A DNA stretch of 64,000 nucleotides from the NCBI RefSeq assembly GCF_009914755.1, contig NC_060933.1; one strand, 5' to 3'. Below the pieces are notes generated by a model. It had not been told where the DNA came from. It searched no databases and saw nothing but the letters and a program-made list of their open reading frames with translations. Position 1 is the stretch's first letter, and each line of letters opens with the position of its first letter. Of the stretch, positions 1-14,788 are shown piece by piece. The translations under genes were made by a program, and so were the position numbers. This DNA comes from the human T2T-CHM13v2.0 reference genome, Homo sapiens.

Positions 1-93
1 TTCAGGCTTTTGCCTCCCCTCCTTCCCAAAGAAAAGAAGAGAGAAGTTTCAAAGGATATCTATAACCCAGTCTACATTTAGGGCCTGGGGACA
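1..93 (+). repeat. Left arm of inverted repeat (probably cut off by window edge)
   Basis: 87/93 identical to reverse complement of 3503-3595; positions 22-79 match perfectly. Confidence 0.95.
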
Positions 94-387
94 CATAATG
101 GAGTTATTTTAAATGGGACACCCCACATGGAAAATAAGTGAGAAAAGTTCATCTGTGTCTGTTACTTCAGTACCAGCAGCAATGGTGACAGTCATAGTAT
201 CTCAGTAAATGTCCCCTAGAGTCATCTTGTGAGAAAAATGATTATTAATTGAGGTTTCTGTGAGTTGAGAAATGGGTTGTTTACAAAGGAGAGAAACTTT
301 TTTAGAGTACAAGCAGCTGAAGTCTCAGCTCAGGAGTTGCTCTAAAAGAAGAAATGTCTTTTAAAAATTGAATTAATTAAAAACAAA

Positions 388-700
<313 letters not shown>

Positions 701-834
701 TTAATTAAAAACAAAACAAAAAGCAGGCATAGCAAAAGGCATAGTTTAGGAATGATGATGAATGAATGTCACGTTTATTTTATTACATGCTATGCTTCCT
801 CCCAAAGGAGAGAAGTAGTTTGTTCAGTAAGGAT

Positions 835-1590
<756 letters not shown>

Positions 1591-1820
1591 GTATGGGATG
1601 GGAAATTAAAAGTCCTTGTCATACTCACATATAACATCCTTAGAGCTGATACATCATCCAAGGCTTATTCACTGCTTCCGTTTGAATTATGTGGTGTTTA
1701 AGGCACTAGCTTGAGAACCCAGTCTGCTGTGCATTATCTCAGAGTACATGGCCAAAATAAATACTTTCGCACATCACTGATTGTTTCTTCATTTGAGTAG
1801 TTTAAGCTATGGAACTTTTT

Positions 1821-1978
1821 AAAAAAAGAGATGGGTCTTGCTAAGTTGTCCAGGCTGGAGGGCAGTGGCTATGCACAGGCATGACCATAGCACACTACAG
1901 TCTTAAACTCCTGGGCTCAAGTGATCCTCCCACTTCAGCCTCCCAAATGGCTGGGACTACAGGGATGCCACCATGTTC
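1821..1978 (-). mobile_element. FAM (fossil Alu monomer)
   Basis: Monomer carrying the FAM-type segment gcagtggctatgcacaggcatgaccatagcacactacag; 22-bp direct repeat at 1799-1820 and 1979-2000. Confidence 0.8.
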
Positions 1979-2177
1979 AGTTTAAGCTATGGAACTTTTT
2001 GTGTGCATAACTAAAGAGCAGAAAATTCCACATTACTGTTGGAGCTTACAATCATGTTTTAAACATAATTTTTAAAAAAGTTAACATTTTGGAATATTTG
2101 TGGGCTTATAAATGAAAAAAGGAAGAAATAGTAAAGAGTAGCTTCAACTTAGAAGACACTATTTCCTGCAGGGATGA

Positions 2178-2576
<399 letters not shown>

Positions 2577-2993
2577 TAAAAGTGCCATTTTTTTTAAAAA
2601 AAGAGAGAAAGTTATTACTCATTCAAAAATCTGTGTCACTTACTTTAATCAGATTGCCTTCCTACAATGATACAACTTCACTGCATGGAAGGTGTTTATC
2701 TGTCTAGTTTTTCTTCTCATTTGAGAAATAAAATATACTCAAGGCCAAAATTTCAATCTGACCAAAAAGATATACTGTATAAAATAAATCACCTTTCACC
2801 CCAAATTCTGAGATTCTTTCCCTCCATGAAGCAATAATAAGTAAACGGTTTGTGGGTATTATTGAAGAGATATACTCTGCATGCTTAAGTATACACAAGT
2901 GTTAACACACATACACATACCCACAATGCAAATATATAAAAATTCTTTTGTTTCACCCAAATGAGCATGTAGTGTGTGTATTATTATGTGCCA

Positions 2994-3275
2994 TTTAAAG
3001 ACAGAGTCTCACTCTGTTCCCAAGACTGGGGTGCAATGGGATGATCAAAGCTCACTCCAGCCTCAAACTCCTGGATTAATCCTTACGCCTCAGCCTTCTG
3101 AGTAGCCAGGACTACAAGTGCACACCACCACACCTGGCTATTTTTTCTTTTATTTTTCCTAGAAATGGGGTCTTGCTCTATTGTCTATGCTTGTCTCTAT
3201 TCCTGACCTCAAGTCATCTCCTGCCTCAGTCTCCCAAAGCGCTAGGATTACAGGCAAGAGCCACCGTGCCTGGCC
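2994..3275 (-). mobile_element. Alu (AluJ-like, diverged)
   Basis: Reverse Alu dimer, CpG-depleted. Confidence 0.9.
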
Positions 3276-3502
3276 TGGAGAATGCTTTTCATCAGCACCT
3301 ATACCCAGTACATTAAAAGAAAAGACTCTGTTAAAGTAGAAGCTTTTGGTAGGGGAAGAGAATACTGTATTTTTGAAAGACGGAGCATTTTGTTTCAATA
3401 TTTTATTGTGAAGGTTATAGCAGCCTAGGGCTTATAAAGGAAAATTTTAAGAGGAAGGAAAAGGGTGGATTGACCTGGAACTCTATTGACCTAATAGCTA
3501 GC

Positions 3503-3595
3503 TGTGCCCAGGCCCCAAATGTAGACTGGGTTATAGATATCCTTTGAAACTTCTCTCTTCTTTTCTTTGGGAAGAAGCGGAGGTGAAAGCCTGAA
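3503..3595 (-). repeat. Right arm of inverted repeat
   Basis: Reverse complement of 1-93 with 6 mismatches. Confidence 0.95.
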
Positions 3596-3627
3596 TAAAA
3601 GAAAATAATTTAAAAAGAACTTCTGAA

Positions 3628-3739
3628 TTTCCCTAAGACAATCCCCACTTACGCCTATTTTCCTATGATAGTTTTTAATAGTCCCCACTTTCATCCTCAA
3701 AGTGGTCCCAGTTTGGATGACAAATCTGTGATCACTCTA
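3628..3739 (-). mobile_element. MER94-like hAT-Blackjack DNA transposon fossil
   Basis: Minus strand reads tagagtgatcacagatttgtcatccaaactgggaccactttgaggatgaaag...ggcgtaagtggggattgtc, resembling the recalled MER94 consensus. Confidence 0.65.
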
Positions 3740-4038
3740 GTAGTGATCACTCTAGTAGTAACTAATGGACAGATTAACTAGCTAGGATCAGCTGAAAGGA
3801 TTACAAAGGTGCTCCACACCAGCTGAGGGTGGGGGCTTGTCTGGATGAGACATTGGCTCACATTTTTATGAGTGGCATGATCTGATTAAGTTAATTAACT
3901 ACTGTTTTCCTCAGTTTCCTCTGCTTTCCAAAGGGAATAATAATTGCTTCAGAATGGTATTATAAACATTTCATAAAGGAATGCACGTGAGAGATTTATC
4001 TGGTTCATATTTAGGCTCAATATCTGGTTCATATGTAG

Positions 4039-4413
<375 letters not shown>

Positions 4414-5277
4414 CCAATTACTTTATTCTTACACAGCACAAAATGTTATTGATTAGGGTTTGTTTAGGTGACCAGGCATCATCTGCAAAAATGGGTCATG
4501 GTACAGCCACTTAAGAAGAAAAAAATGAGGTAAGCGTAGGACCGTGATTGTTACCTGGAGGGACCTATCCCATCCCTGCCCACCCTCCGGCCCTACAGAA
4601 GAGATAAATCAGGGTGTAGTTTGAAAACACAGCAGCACCTTGTACTTCTGATTTGATTTGACCTTGGTTTTGATGTGAAAAATTTTTAAAGTTCAGTAAC
4701 ATTGAGAAGGATGGAAGCCTCCCACAATTAACAAAGAAGAAAGGCATTTGAGATGATAGAGAGGCACGCATTGTTGCTATCTGTATTACACAAGCAGAGT
4801 TCACAGGTATTCACAACCTGTTGATGATGGAATTACCTCAAAGAGAGGGCTCAGAACTTATAACCAATCACCTCTCAGCATATCTTACCATCTGGTGTAT
4901 CTCTCTTTCTACATTTATTACTTCACCCCATATCGTCCCTTCATGACTCTGTTTCTAATACCAAACAATGAATGACAATTGCTTGCTGAGACAACCTGAA
5001 ACTCCTGAGGCCTTTTAGGGAAGGATAAAGGAAGCTTGACTGAGCAGGAGTGGGAGTGGGAAGACAGAGCTATTGAAAGAGCAGGAACAGGTATTTTACT
5101 TCATATTCATTTTCTTAAAATTGAATTATGTTTCTGTGAAAAGCTGCTGTGTAAAATAACAACCTCTTTATGGTTTCACCAGCTGAGACGTAAAAGACTA
5201 TTTGTGGTGTGCTGTAAGATCCGAATGCAGGTGAAAATTCCCCCACTTACTCGCTATTTTAACGAAAATAAGAATAA

Positions 5278-5841
<564 letters not shown>

Positions 5842-6755
5842 TAATATACAATTTTCTAAACACATTTAAAATAATGGACTCAATCCAATAAATAGACTCA
5901 CCTCTGCTGCTACTACAAGTTAGTGGAAAATTCTGAATGACAGGCAGCACCACAAAAACTCCCTTTTACCAAGGTCTGCAATGCTTCTGGGTCTTCCACC
6001 ATGAGAAGCTCCATGGAAGCAAGGGAAAGCCAGTTCAACCACAATCACTGAGGTGATGAAGGGGTTTACAAAAGGGGAATTCAGAGCTGAGGGCTAAAGG
6101 CAAAATGTAAAAACAAACTAGGACTGATGCTTGCCTAATACTTTCACCAGAATTTGGCCCAATAAAATGGTGATGTAAATAGAAAAATGTATCGGCACAG
6201 GTTAAAACTAAAGGGAAATGTCTTCATTCACTTTGCATCAATTCCGAATTTATCCATATAGAAAACAAGGAAGTCACATAATCCTCCTAGAGTCAAGAAC
6301 ACTGAGTATACATGGGAAATGATTAGAGCAAGCTCTTCATTTATGATAACAAATTACAGGAAGCAGCTGTCTAATAAATCCAAAAAAAATGTTGTTCTTA
6401 TCTTGCCTGGACACCCCCCGCCTCTATCCTTATGCCAGCACATTAAACTATTTTGGAGAGTAGCAATGACCAGGAGCATGGTGCTTTTTATACATGATCT
6501 CTCATCCACACAATCACTCTGCAGAGGAGCTATTGCCATCCCTGTTTCTTCTAAAAAGAGTCTCAGTGACTGCACAAAGCCACACAACCAGGAAGGGGCC
6601 AAGCAGGGATTCGAACTAAAGGTGGTAGAAGCTAGGTGCTGTCACTAATTCACCTCATCTGTTCTTCCAGCACTCAGATCTCCTCCATACTGAGTGGAGG
6701 CCCCTGTTCCCTAACCTTAAATTTTCCTCCTTCATTGTTCATCTGATTTCCTGTT

Positions 6756-6855
6756 CCGGGAGGCAAATGTTGCAGTGAGCCGAGATCGCGCCACTGCACT
6801 CCAGCCTGGGCAACAGAGCGAGACTCCGTCTCAAAAAAAAAAAAAAAAAAAAAAA
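6756..6855 (+). mobile_element. 5'-truncated Alu right-arm fragment with A23 tail
   Basis: ccgggaggc...gccgagatcgcgccactgcactccagcctggg...gagactccgtctc followed by A23. Confidence 0.92.
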
Positions 6856-6942
6856 GATAATTATAATAATGCCTATTTGTATACCTTCTGTATTTGGTGT
6901 GAATCTGTACACCATCATGGATGCAAAAAGCATTTTCTTGTG

Positions 6943-7250
6943 TTTCTTTCTTTTTCTTTTTTCTTTTTGAGACAGAGTCTCCCTCTGTCGCCCAGGCTGG
7001 AGTGCAGTGGTGCAATCTTGGCTTATTGCAACCTCCACCTCCTGGGCTCAAGCAATCCTCCCACCTCAGCCTCCTGAAGAGCTGAGACCATAGGCATATG
7101 CCACCATGCCCAGCTAATTTTTTAATTTTTGTAGAGACGGGGTTTTACCATGTTGCCTAGGTTGGTCTTGAACTCCTGGGCTCAAGTGATCTGGTTGTCT
7201 CAGCCTCCCAAAGTGCTAGGATTACAGGTGTGAGCCACCACACTTGCCTG
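6943..7250 (-). mobile_element. Alu (AluJ-like)
   Basis: Reverse dimer; TSD aaaagcattttct at 6926-6938 and 7251-7263. Confidence 0.93.
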
Positions 7251-8104
7251 AAAAGCATTTTCTAAACTGTAACGATTTTTTAAATAGTAATTATCATTAC
7301 TTTGGACCAATGTCTGGGAATTCTAAGGAAGTCATAGACATACATGATGCAAATACATCCAGGCAGCTGGTGTCATTTTGTGACTAAGAGCAAGTGTGCA
7401 CTGTGTGGAAGAAGAAATTTTTTTACCTACGGCCTAGGACAGGCCAATAATATAATTGGGATTTGGGGCAATTAAGGCAACATCAGGCAAGAACAGTATC
7501 TGGAGAAGCAACGAAAGAACCCAGTGGAAATTCACGTTTACTAGAATGTAAGCTCTGAAAGGGCAGGGTACCAGAACCGTGCCTTGCACATAGCAGCCAC
7601 TCACAAAAATATCGGTTGAATGAATGAATAAGGGTGAAACGTTTTGAGTGCTCCTAATTCAAGTCCCTTACAGAGGGCAACTAAGAGAGTGGTACCAAGA
7701 TGTTTGCATAAAGCACCAGCCTTTCAGGTCTGGCTTAGCTGGAAAAAATGCTAAAAACCTGAGAATTTGTTTGTTGGTTTGTTTTTTAAGAGGGAAGTTA
7801 AAATAGGCCCTTGTAGTTTGCTTTCGACTAGCTTGTCTCTCCCATTAAAATCTAAGGTCCCTGAGGGCAGACAAAAAGGCAACTGGCCTCTAGTAGGTAC
7901 CCAGTCACTACTAGCTGAATTGTTGAGTTAGCTTCCTAAAAAAGTTATAAAGTCTTGGAGATACCCTCTGGAAGGCAATTCTTTTCGAAGCAAAGAAGAG
8001 GCTTCTTGACGAGTGGATGAATAACTAGCTCATGTTTGAGAACACAGCAAGGAATGTGCAGCTTCTGTACAATTGTTGACGGCACCAGGGAGGCAGAAAG
8101 TGAT

Positions 8105-8138
8105 GAGAGAGAGAGAGAGAGAGGGAGAGAGAGGGAGA
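8105..8138 (+). repeat. (GA)n microsatellite
   Basis: gagaga... with ggg interruptions. Confidence 0.9.
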
Positions 8139-8299
8139 TAGGAGTCTGTCCATTTGTGGTTCTTATTTATTTGGAAGATGACCGATCCACTCTTCCCAGT
8201 AGAATATAAGTAAGTACTGTTGCAGTGTCAGGGGAGAGAGGTGACTATATTTTGCTGGCCACAGGGCCAGCTCAGAGCCTGACATGCAGCCTGGCTCAA

Positions 8300-8630
8300 T
8301 AGGGAATTGTTTGGAACTACCATTTTGGAAAATAGTTTGGCATTATCTAGTAAGACAGGCACACCCTCAGTAAAAATCCCCAATAAGCTCTTGCACGAGG
8401 GTAGCAGGTTACGTGTGCAAGGAAGCTCCTAGCAGCACTGTTTGTAACAGCCCCCAAATGCAACCAACATGTGTCTATCAATAGGATAACCAAAAAAAGT
8501 CATATATTCACCCAAGGGACTATTACACATCAAGAAAGATGATTGGAATAAATGAACTGTAGCTGCACTACTAGAAAAATGCAACACATAGAGAATGAAA
8601 GTCCAGGAAGAAAAAGCAAGCAAATAAAGC
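8300..8630 (+). mobile_element. Old L1M 3'-region fragment
   Basis: actaccattttggaaaatagtttggcattatctagtaa...tagcagcactgtttgtaacagc..., typical of L1M 3' sequence. Confidence 0.65.
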
Positions 8631-10849
8631 AAGGGATGGTAGAAGCTTTTGCAGAAAAAACCATCCTGGTGATACTAGATGTCTTGAATATTGAGTTTCT
8701 CAGGCTGGGTATCTCGAAGCCTCCCAACAGAATACAGCACAATTTGGAGAGAAGTAGCTAACTAATATCAGCTTATCCTTGGCCTCAATAAAACCAGTGT
8801 GGAACTCTTAAGAGAAGGATTATTAGGCCAAAGGAATATGACAAAAAAATTGAAAATGAAAGGTAATAGGTTCACTCTGTCTTTGAAACTCTTACCTACA
8901 GTTTAATAAAGAAAGCTCGGTAGCAAATTCAATGAGAAATAGCTGCAAATTATCTAATATGTGAAGTTTAACTGCTTAGTTAGTCTGTTTACAGCTTTAT
9001 TCATAGGACAGTTATTGAGTAACTCTCAAATTAAACTCCTTGTTTGAGGGCCCAGATACTGAAATACAGGTATATCCTAGTACACTATTGATTATATTTT
9101 TGGTGCCCAGAAAGGGTGGATCTGTTTGCCTCCTGGGTTGAAAGGAAGGAGGTATTCTAGAATTAATAATTCAAATAGGGCTGTTACACCAGGAGGAGAG
9201 AAAAGAGTGTCAAGGCGGTGCTAAGAATCTGGGAAACCTGCCAGCATGGTTTGCATGATGAGTGTGGGTAAAAATATAAAGAGAAACATGGTCCAGTGGT
9301 TGATTTGTTTCCTCTTCCTTTATAAGGGTGGTTTACTTTTAAGCAAAATTATGTGATTCTTTTTCAAGTTCTGTTAAGAACATAGTTGATAACAGATCTC
9401 TTTTAAGACCAGAGTTTCTGCAAGCATCATGCCCGACCATAAGAGAATTTGATCACTTTGTGTTTTCCTGCACCTTTCATCATGGCAGAGAGCGTACTCT
9501 GAAGATTTACATGGGATCATCTCTTCTCTGGCCACCTTGTGGAATGCAAACTATATCGCCATATCTAAAGGGGAGCCCATTACAATTTACAAATTAAAAG
9601 TCAGTGGGAAAGAACATAATCTTGGCAACTGCCTCTTGGGAAATCTTACAACTGCAAGAGCGCCATGGAAGAGCGCTTTAAATACCATCGTGTTTCATCC
9701 AATCTCCTCACAATTGTATAGGAGGGCATGTGGCCAAGGCCTTGCAGAGAAAAGGCCGGGGTGCCCAGGCTCGTGATTGGCTGGGGGGCGTGATGCTTAA
9801 GCGAGCCACTTAGCCCGCTCTTGCTTCATGAGGAGCACGCCACATGCTTCTTTGCACCTTCTTTTAAATCCTTGTGTGGTTGGCATTTGGAAAAATATCG
9901 ACTGCAACCAGAAGTCGCAATCCTGATGACAGCTCCCGAAATCTCATCTTTCTCGCAGCAACATCTACTGTCAGCTCCCCACCCCTGTTACAAGAGAGCC
10001 TTCCCCACCCAAGTTGTGCTCCAAATAGAAAGAATTTCAGATGTACATATTTGGCTCTCTCCTCTAGAGGCCTTGACAAATATTCAGGTAGTAAACAGCC
10101 TGAGAGAAATGCTGCGATAAAATTAGTTCAAATATTTCCCAGAAAACAAACCTGACACCACCATGATACTTGATAGCTCAGCCTCAGCACTTTCGAACCT
10201 TTCCAAACCCCTTTGCCTTCAAAGCCCAAATGTCCTGTTTTAAATTGCTTTTATTTTTCTCCTTTCCAAACCTGATCCTTGCTACTTCCTCCTCTCAAAA
10301 AAAGAACCATATGGTAATAGAGTAGATTGTCCAACCAGGGATTTTACATTACAAATGACTACGTTGAAGGTTAATATCCAAGGTCAGGTGTCATTAATAT
10401 CTATTTGAATTTTGTTCTTCTGGTTGATGATATGATCTCAGTCACCTCATTGATTTATAACATGGTAATCCCATACCATCATTCATTTTCCTGAAATTCT
10501 ATTCATGGCCTGGTATCAAACCCTCTCTTTCATACCCTTTTCGTTTTGTCTGATCAGTAGCTTTACAGTCCTTGCATTTATCTCCTTCCCACAGGTCACA
10601 CTACACCTTGCATCCAAGATTGTTTGATTGATTTTCACCTTCTCTTTTTCCTAAATCTTACTGTAGAAAAAAAAATGTTAACCCTTCTCTTGAGTATTTT
10701 ACAGTACTTCGCTCTCCAAAGCCAGTTCACATCTTGATTTTCAGGTAAGTAGCCTCTGTAAGTACATAGGCTTGCTGATTTGTCTGTATCAAATATGAGG
10801 CATTCGCTCCAACTTAGCTAAAGTTCTTGGACTCAAACTCCTAGCAAGA

Positions 10850-11060
10850 GCTAACAATCCTCAGGGCTCACTATGTGCTAGCCACTGGGCTCAGGGCTTT
10901 GATGGATTCTTATCTCATCCTCACAAAACTCCTGTGGGGGTTTGTGTCATTATTTCACCCACTCAGCCGATGAGGAAACTAAAGTTCAGAGAGGCTAAGG
11001 AACTTAACCAAGATCAGGCCGCATAGTAACTGGCAAACTTGGGACCCAAGCCCCACAGTC
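10850..11060 (-). mobile_element. MIR
   Basis: MIR core gatgaggaaactaaagttcagagaggctaaggaacttaaccaagatca. Confidence 0.7.
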
Positions 11061-11544
11061 CATCTATTTACAAACCTTGTGGATATCACTAACTTTCAAA
11101 CTGCCTTCTTCTAACTATTAAAGTGAAAATTTGTGGCCAGTTATTATAGATGATACAGCCATCATACAGAGGGGGTTGGGAGGCCTTTGCAAAACACATA
11201 TTATTTGTAAAATTATCTCTGCACCTGGCATACCTACATACAAATATTTTTCTTATACATCTAAACATAAAATTAACTTTTAAAAAGCATTTGAAATGTC
11301 GCATATGTTAATATGAATAACACAGACAATTCTTACTTAGAAGGAAGGAAAAAAACCCACCAATATTCCTAGCAACTCAGAGACCACCACAGTTAACATT
11401 TAGGTATACAGCCTTCTTGCCATTTTTCTGAGCATGAGCACAATTTATATATTTGTAATCTTTTAAAAATCACTTCTTCACAGGTATTTTCTACTTTTAT
11501 GGTTGTCATCATTTCTAATATGGGATCAGAGACACAGTGGAATC

Positions 11545-11841
<297 letters not shown>

Positions 11842-13179
11842 GACACGGTGGAATTTTGATAAATGTGCTGAATCATTAGATGAAATCTAGTCATTCATTA
11901 ATAATTTCATTAGGTTTTTGAGTATATATTACATACACTTGTCCAAAATTTAAATGTAGCATAATATATGTAGCAAACATCTCCCTCCTACTCCTGACTC
12001 ATAAGGATACCTTGCTCTCCAGAGCTTGAAAGCCTAAGTTCCCAAATATCTTAGTACCCACAACTTAGGAGCATATGCTTGGATGAGTTAGTTTCTTAAA
12101 TTCTGAACCCAAAAGAACAGAGTCCATCAAGAAACTCTGCCCCTAGCAAAAGTCCAACTTCGAAGGTCCTGTCTCCTGCCTTAGGACTCCAGGTCCTCAG
12201 GTGAGTGACACACCCTTCTGAAGAGCACTATCTTACCCTACAGGACCCAAGAATTGATCATAATACCAAGCACCACAATAATTCCCACATTATTTAAGAG
12301 ATGCTCATAAAGGGGGGAGAAATATTTTTATCATGCATTCTCACAGAGGAACTCATGAGAGCCTCTTAGGGGACAAAATCAGTGTTATTATTTCTGCTTT
12401 AAGCCAGTGGAATCTCTTTACTATATGCCAGTGTTTAAAGTTCAGTATGATGAATGTTAGTGCTTCTATTTTTATATATTTATTAGATTGTATAGACAAA
12501 GTACCAGCCCAGGGGAAGACAGCCTTGGAGACTGGAGGGGAATATTTTTAAATGTAGAAATTCTCAAAGTCCATTCCATAGAATATCAGCTCCTTGGTGT
12601 GTTATTAGGTGCTCCATAGCAAAGGAGGGTTCCACAGACAAATATGTTTAGAAAATGCTCATTAAAGGAAAGTCAGTTGCATTTTTAATTGCAAGACTTA
12701 ACAGAACTTTTAATATCACACTGTAAACTCTGAAATTTTAAGAGGAGAAAAAATGTAAAATGAAACTGACCACAGAATGCTTTTCAAGGACTAGGGTTCC
12801 ACACAGCAAACTTTGGGAAATGGTGTGAGATTCTGACAGCTTTGGCACTAAAAAGGTGTATGACTTGGGGTTAGGTGACTAACTGTTCATCACTGTGTGT
12901 CAGTTTAATCAGGTAATTAAGTAACCAACATCAACAAATTATTTTTTATACTGGCTTTTGCCAGTAACTATTAGAAGCAGATATAGAAGACCTGTGTAAT
13001 CTTGGGTTCAGACGAGTGTTCTTTTCAATCTTGCTGTACTGCTTTAGAGTAGCAAGCACGGTGACATCATTTGGTACTAAAATATTATTACTATGCAACC
13101 ATGAGCCTCACATTTCTCCACTTGAAACATAACTAAAAAATAAAAGCTTTTGAGAAAAGTGATTCTAAAATAAAGTTAA

Positions 13180-14183
13180 ATGTAAGCCAGGTATTGGAGT
13201 AAAATATTTGCAATGCATATAACCTACACAATATTAGCATCCAGAATACATACAGTCATTAAAAATCAGTGAGAAGAAGAAACAAACAACTCAATGGAAA
13301 AATGAGCAAAGGATAGAAATTGAGGATTCATAAGCTATAAACATATGCCAGTAAACATATGAAAAGACTTTCTAACTTATTAGGAAAATGCAAATTAAGA
13401 CAAGATATCATTTCACATCTATCAGACCAGCAAAAAATTTTCCAGTCTGACAAGGTAGGCATGGGGATTGGTACAATAATTCTTAGAATATTTTAGCAAT
13501 ACTTACAGAGTTAATTAAGTGTGCTTACTCTACGACACAGGATGGCCACTTCTAGGTTATTTCTTGGGGCAGTGTTTTCCAATTTCCCCATTATGACACA
13601 CATAGAGAAAGATAATACTCATAGAGCACAGTGGGGTAAGCCGAGGAGGCTGCTCATAGCAGGAGGTGCCCATTTAGGGGGCTGTGGTCACCTCAGGTCC
13701 CACATCTTCTACCCAACTGTGAGGCACTGCTATACAGAATTGTATATAAGCTCTGCCCTAGAGAAGCTTGTTTCTGTGTGCTCAAGAAGATGTACAAAAA
13801 TGTGTACCACAGTATTTTTATCATACCAAAAGCCAAGCAAAACAAAATGAGAAAAACAACTTAGATGCCCATCAGTAAGGGAATGCATAAAAGTATTATA
13901 GGATACTACAGTTAATATTAATAGTTTGAATTACAAGGATGAGTTGCAAAAGCATAATGTTCAGTAAGAAAAGAAAAATGCAGCCAGGTGTGGTGGTATG
14001 CACCTGTAGTCCCAGCTACATGGAGGAGGCTGGGGTGGGAGGATTAATTGAGCCTGGGAGGTTGAGGCTGCAGTCAGCTGTGATGACGCCACAGAATGAG
14101 ACCTTTTCAAAAAGAGAAAGAAAGAAGGAAGGAAGGAAGGAAGGAGAGAGAAAGAGAGAGGGAGAAAAAAGAGAGAAAGAAAA

Positions 14184-14216
<33 letters not shown>

Positions 14217-14590
14217 AAGTAAGGAGGGAAGGGAGGGAGAGAGGGAAGGGAAGGAGGGAAAAATGCAAAAGAATACATGTGCTATGATACTCAGTGTACA
14301 AAACCTTAAAACCATCAAAAGTCTATATACCTACATAGTAAACATATAAAAATTATGAATGGGGAGGATATGACCAACTTCTAGATAGCAATTGCCTCTG
14401 GAAACGGAGGAGAGGCAGTGGGATTTGATAGTGGATGAGGAAGTCTAAGGATATCTGTGACATTGTATTTCTTAAAAAATAAAAATAAAACAAATGTGGC
14501 AATAAGTTTATGTGTTCAATCTAGGTAGTAAATACATAGTTTTAAAATACATTTTCACTATTTGTGTATATGACATGTCTTGTAATTAAA
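13180..14590 (+). mobile_element. Fragmented old L1M 3' region, interrupted by a MER119-like hAT fragment (~13570-13730) and an Alu monomer
   Basis: L1 motifs aaatatttgcaatgcatata, aaatgagcaaagga, ggaaaatgcaaattaagacaagatatcatttcaca, caaaagcataatgttcagtaa. Confidence 0.65.
13983..14263 (+). mobile_element. Alu monomer (FLAM/FRAM-like) with tail expanded into a 155-nt purine tract
   Basis: Monomer 13983-~14108; purine run 14109-14263 with one T; TSD gaaaaatgca at 13973-13982 and 14258-14267. Confidence 0.85.
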
Positions 14591-14605
14591 AAACAGGAAT
14601 AACTA

Positions 14606-14788
14606 GATCAATGGTTTCAAGCCTGGATGTATATTAGAATTACAAGGAAGTTTTTAAAATTTTTCATGCTGGGGCTGTATCAGAGACCAATTAAATCAGA
14701 AACTTAAGGGTTGGGGCCTGGACATTGTATTGTTTAAAAGCTTCTCCAGTGATCATAGTGTGTAGCTTTGGATCAAGAACTGCAATAT
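14606..14788. mobile_element. MER5A (hAT-Charlie)
   Basis: caatggtttcaagcctggatgtatattagaatt...ccaattaaatcagaaa...ccagtgat...aagaactgc. Confidence 0.7.

Noticed and set aside
12950-12965. ACTGGC-TTTT-GCCAGT palindrome as an NFI autoregulatory site
   Set aside because: Spacer is 4 nt; NFI needs TTGGC-N5-GCCAA. The candidates near 22107 and 22303 are half-sites only.
13939-14349. Cluster of ORFs rich in E/R/K or S/L/F
   Set aside because: Read-through of an Alu monomer and the GA-rich microsatellite.
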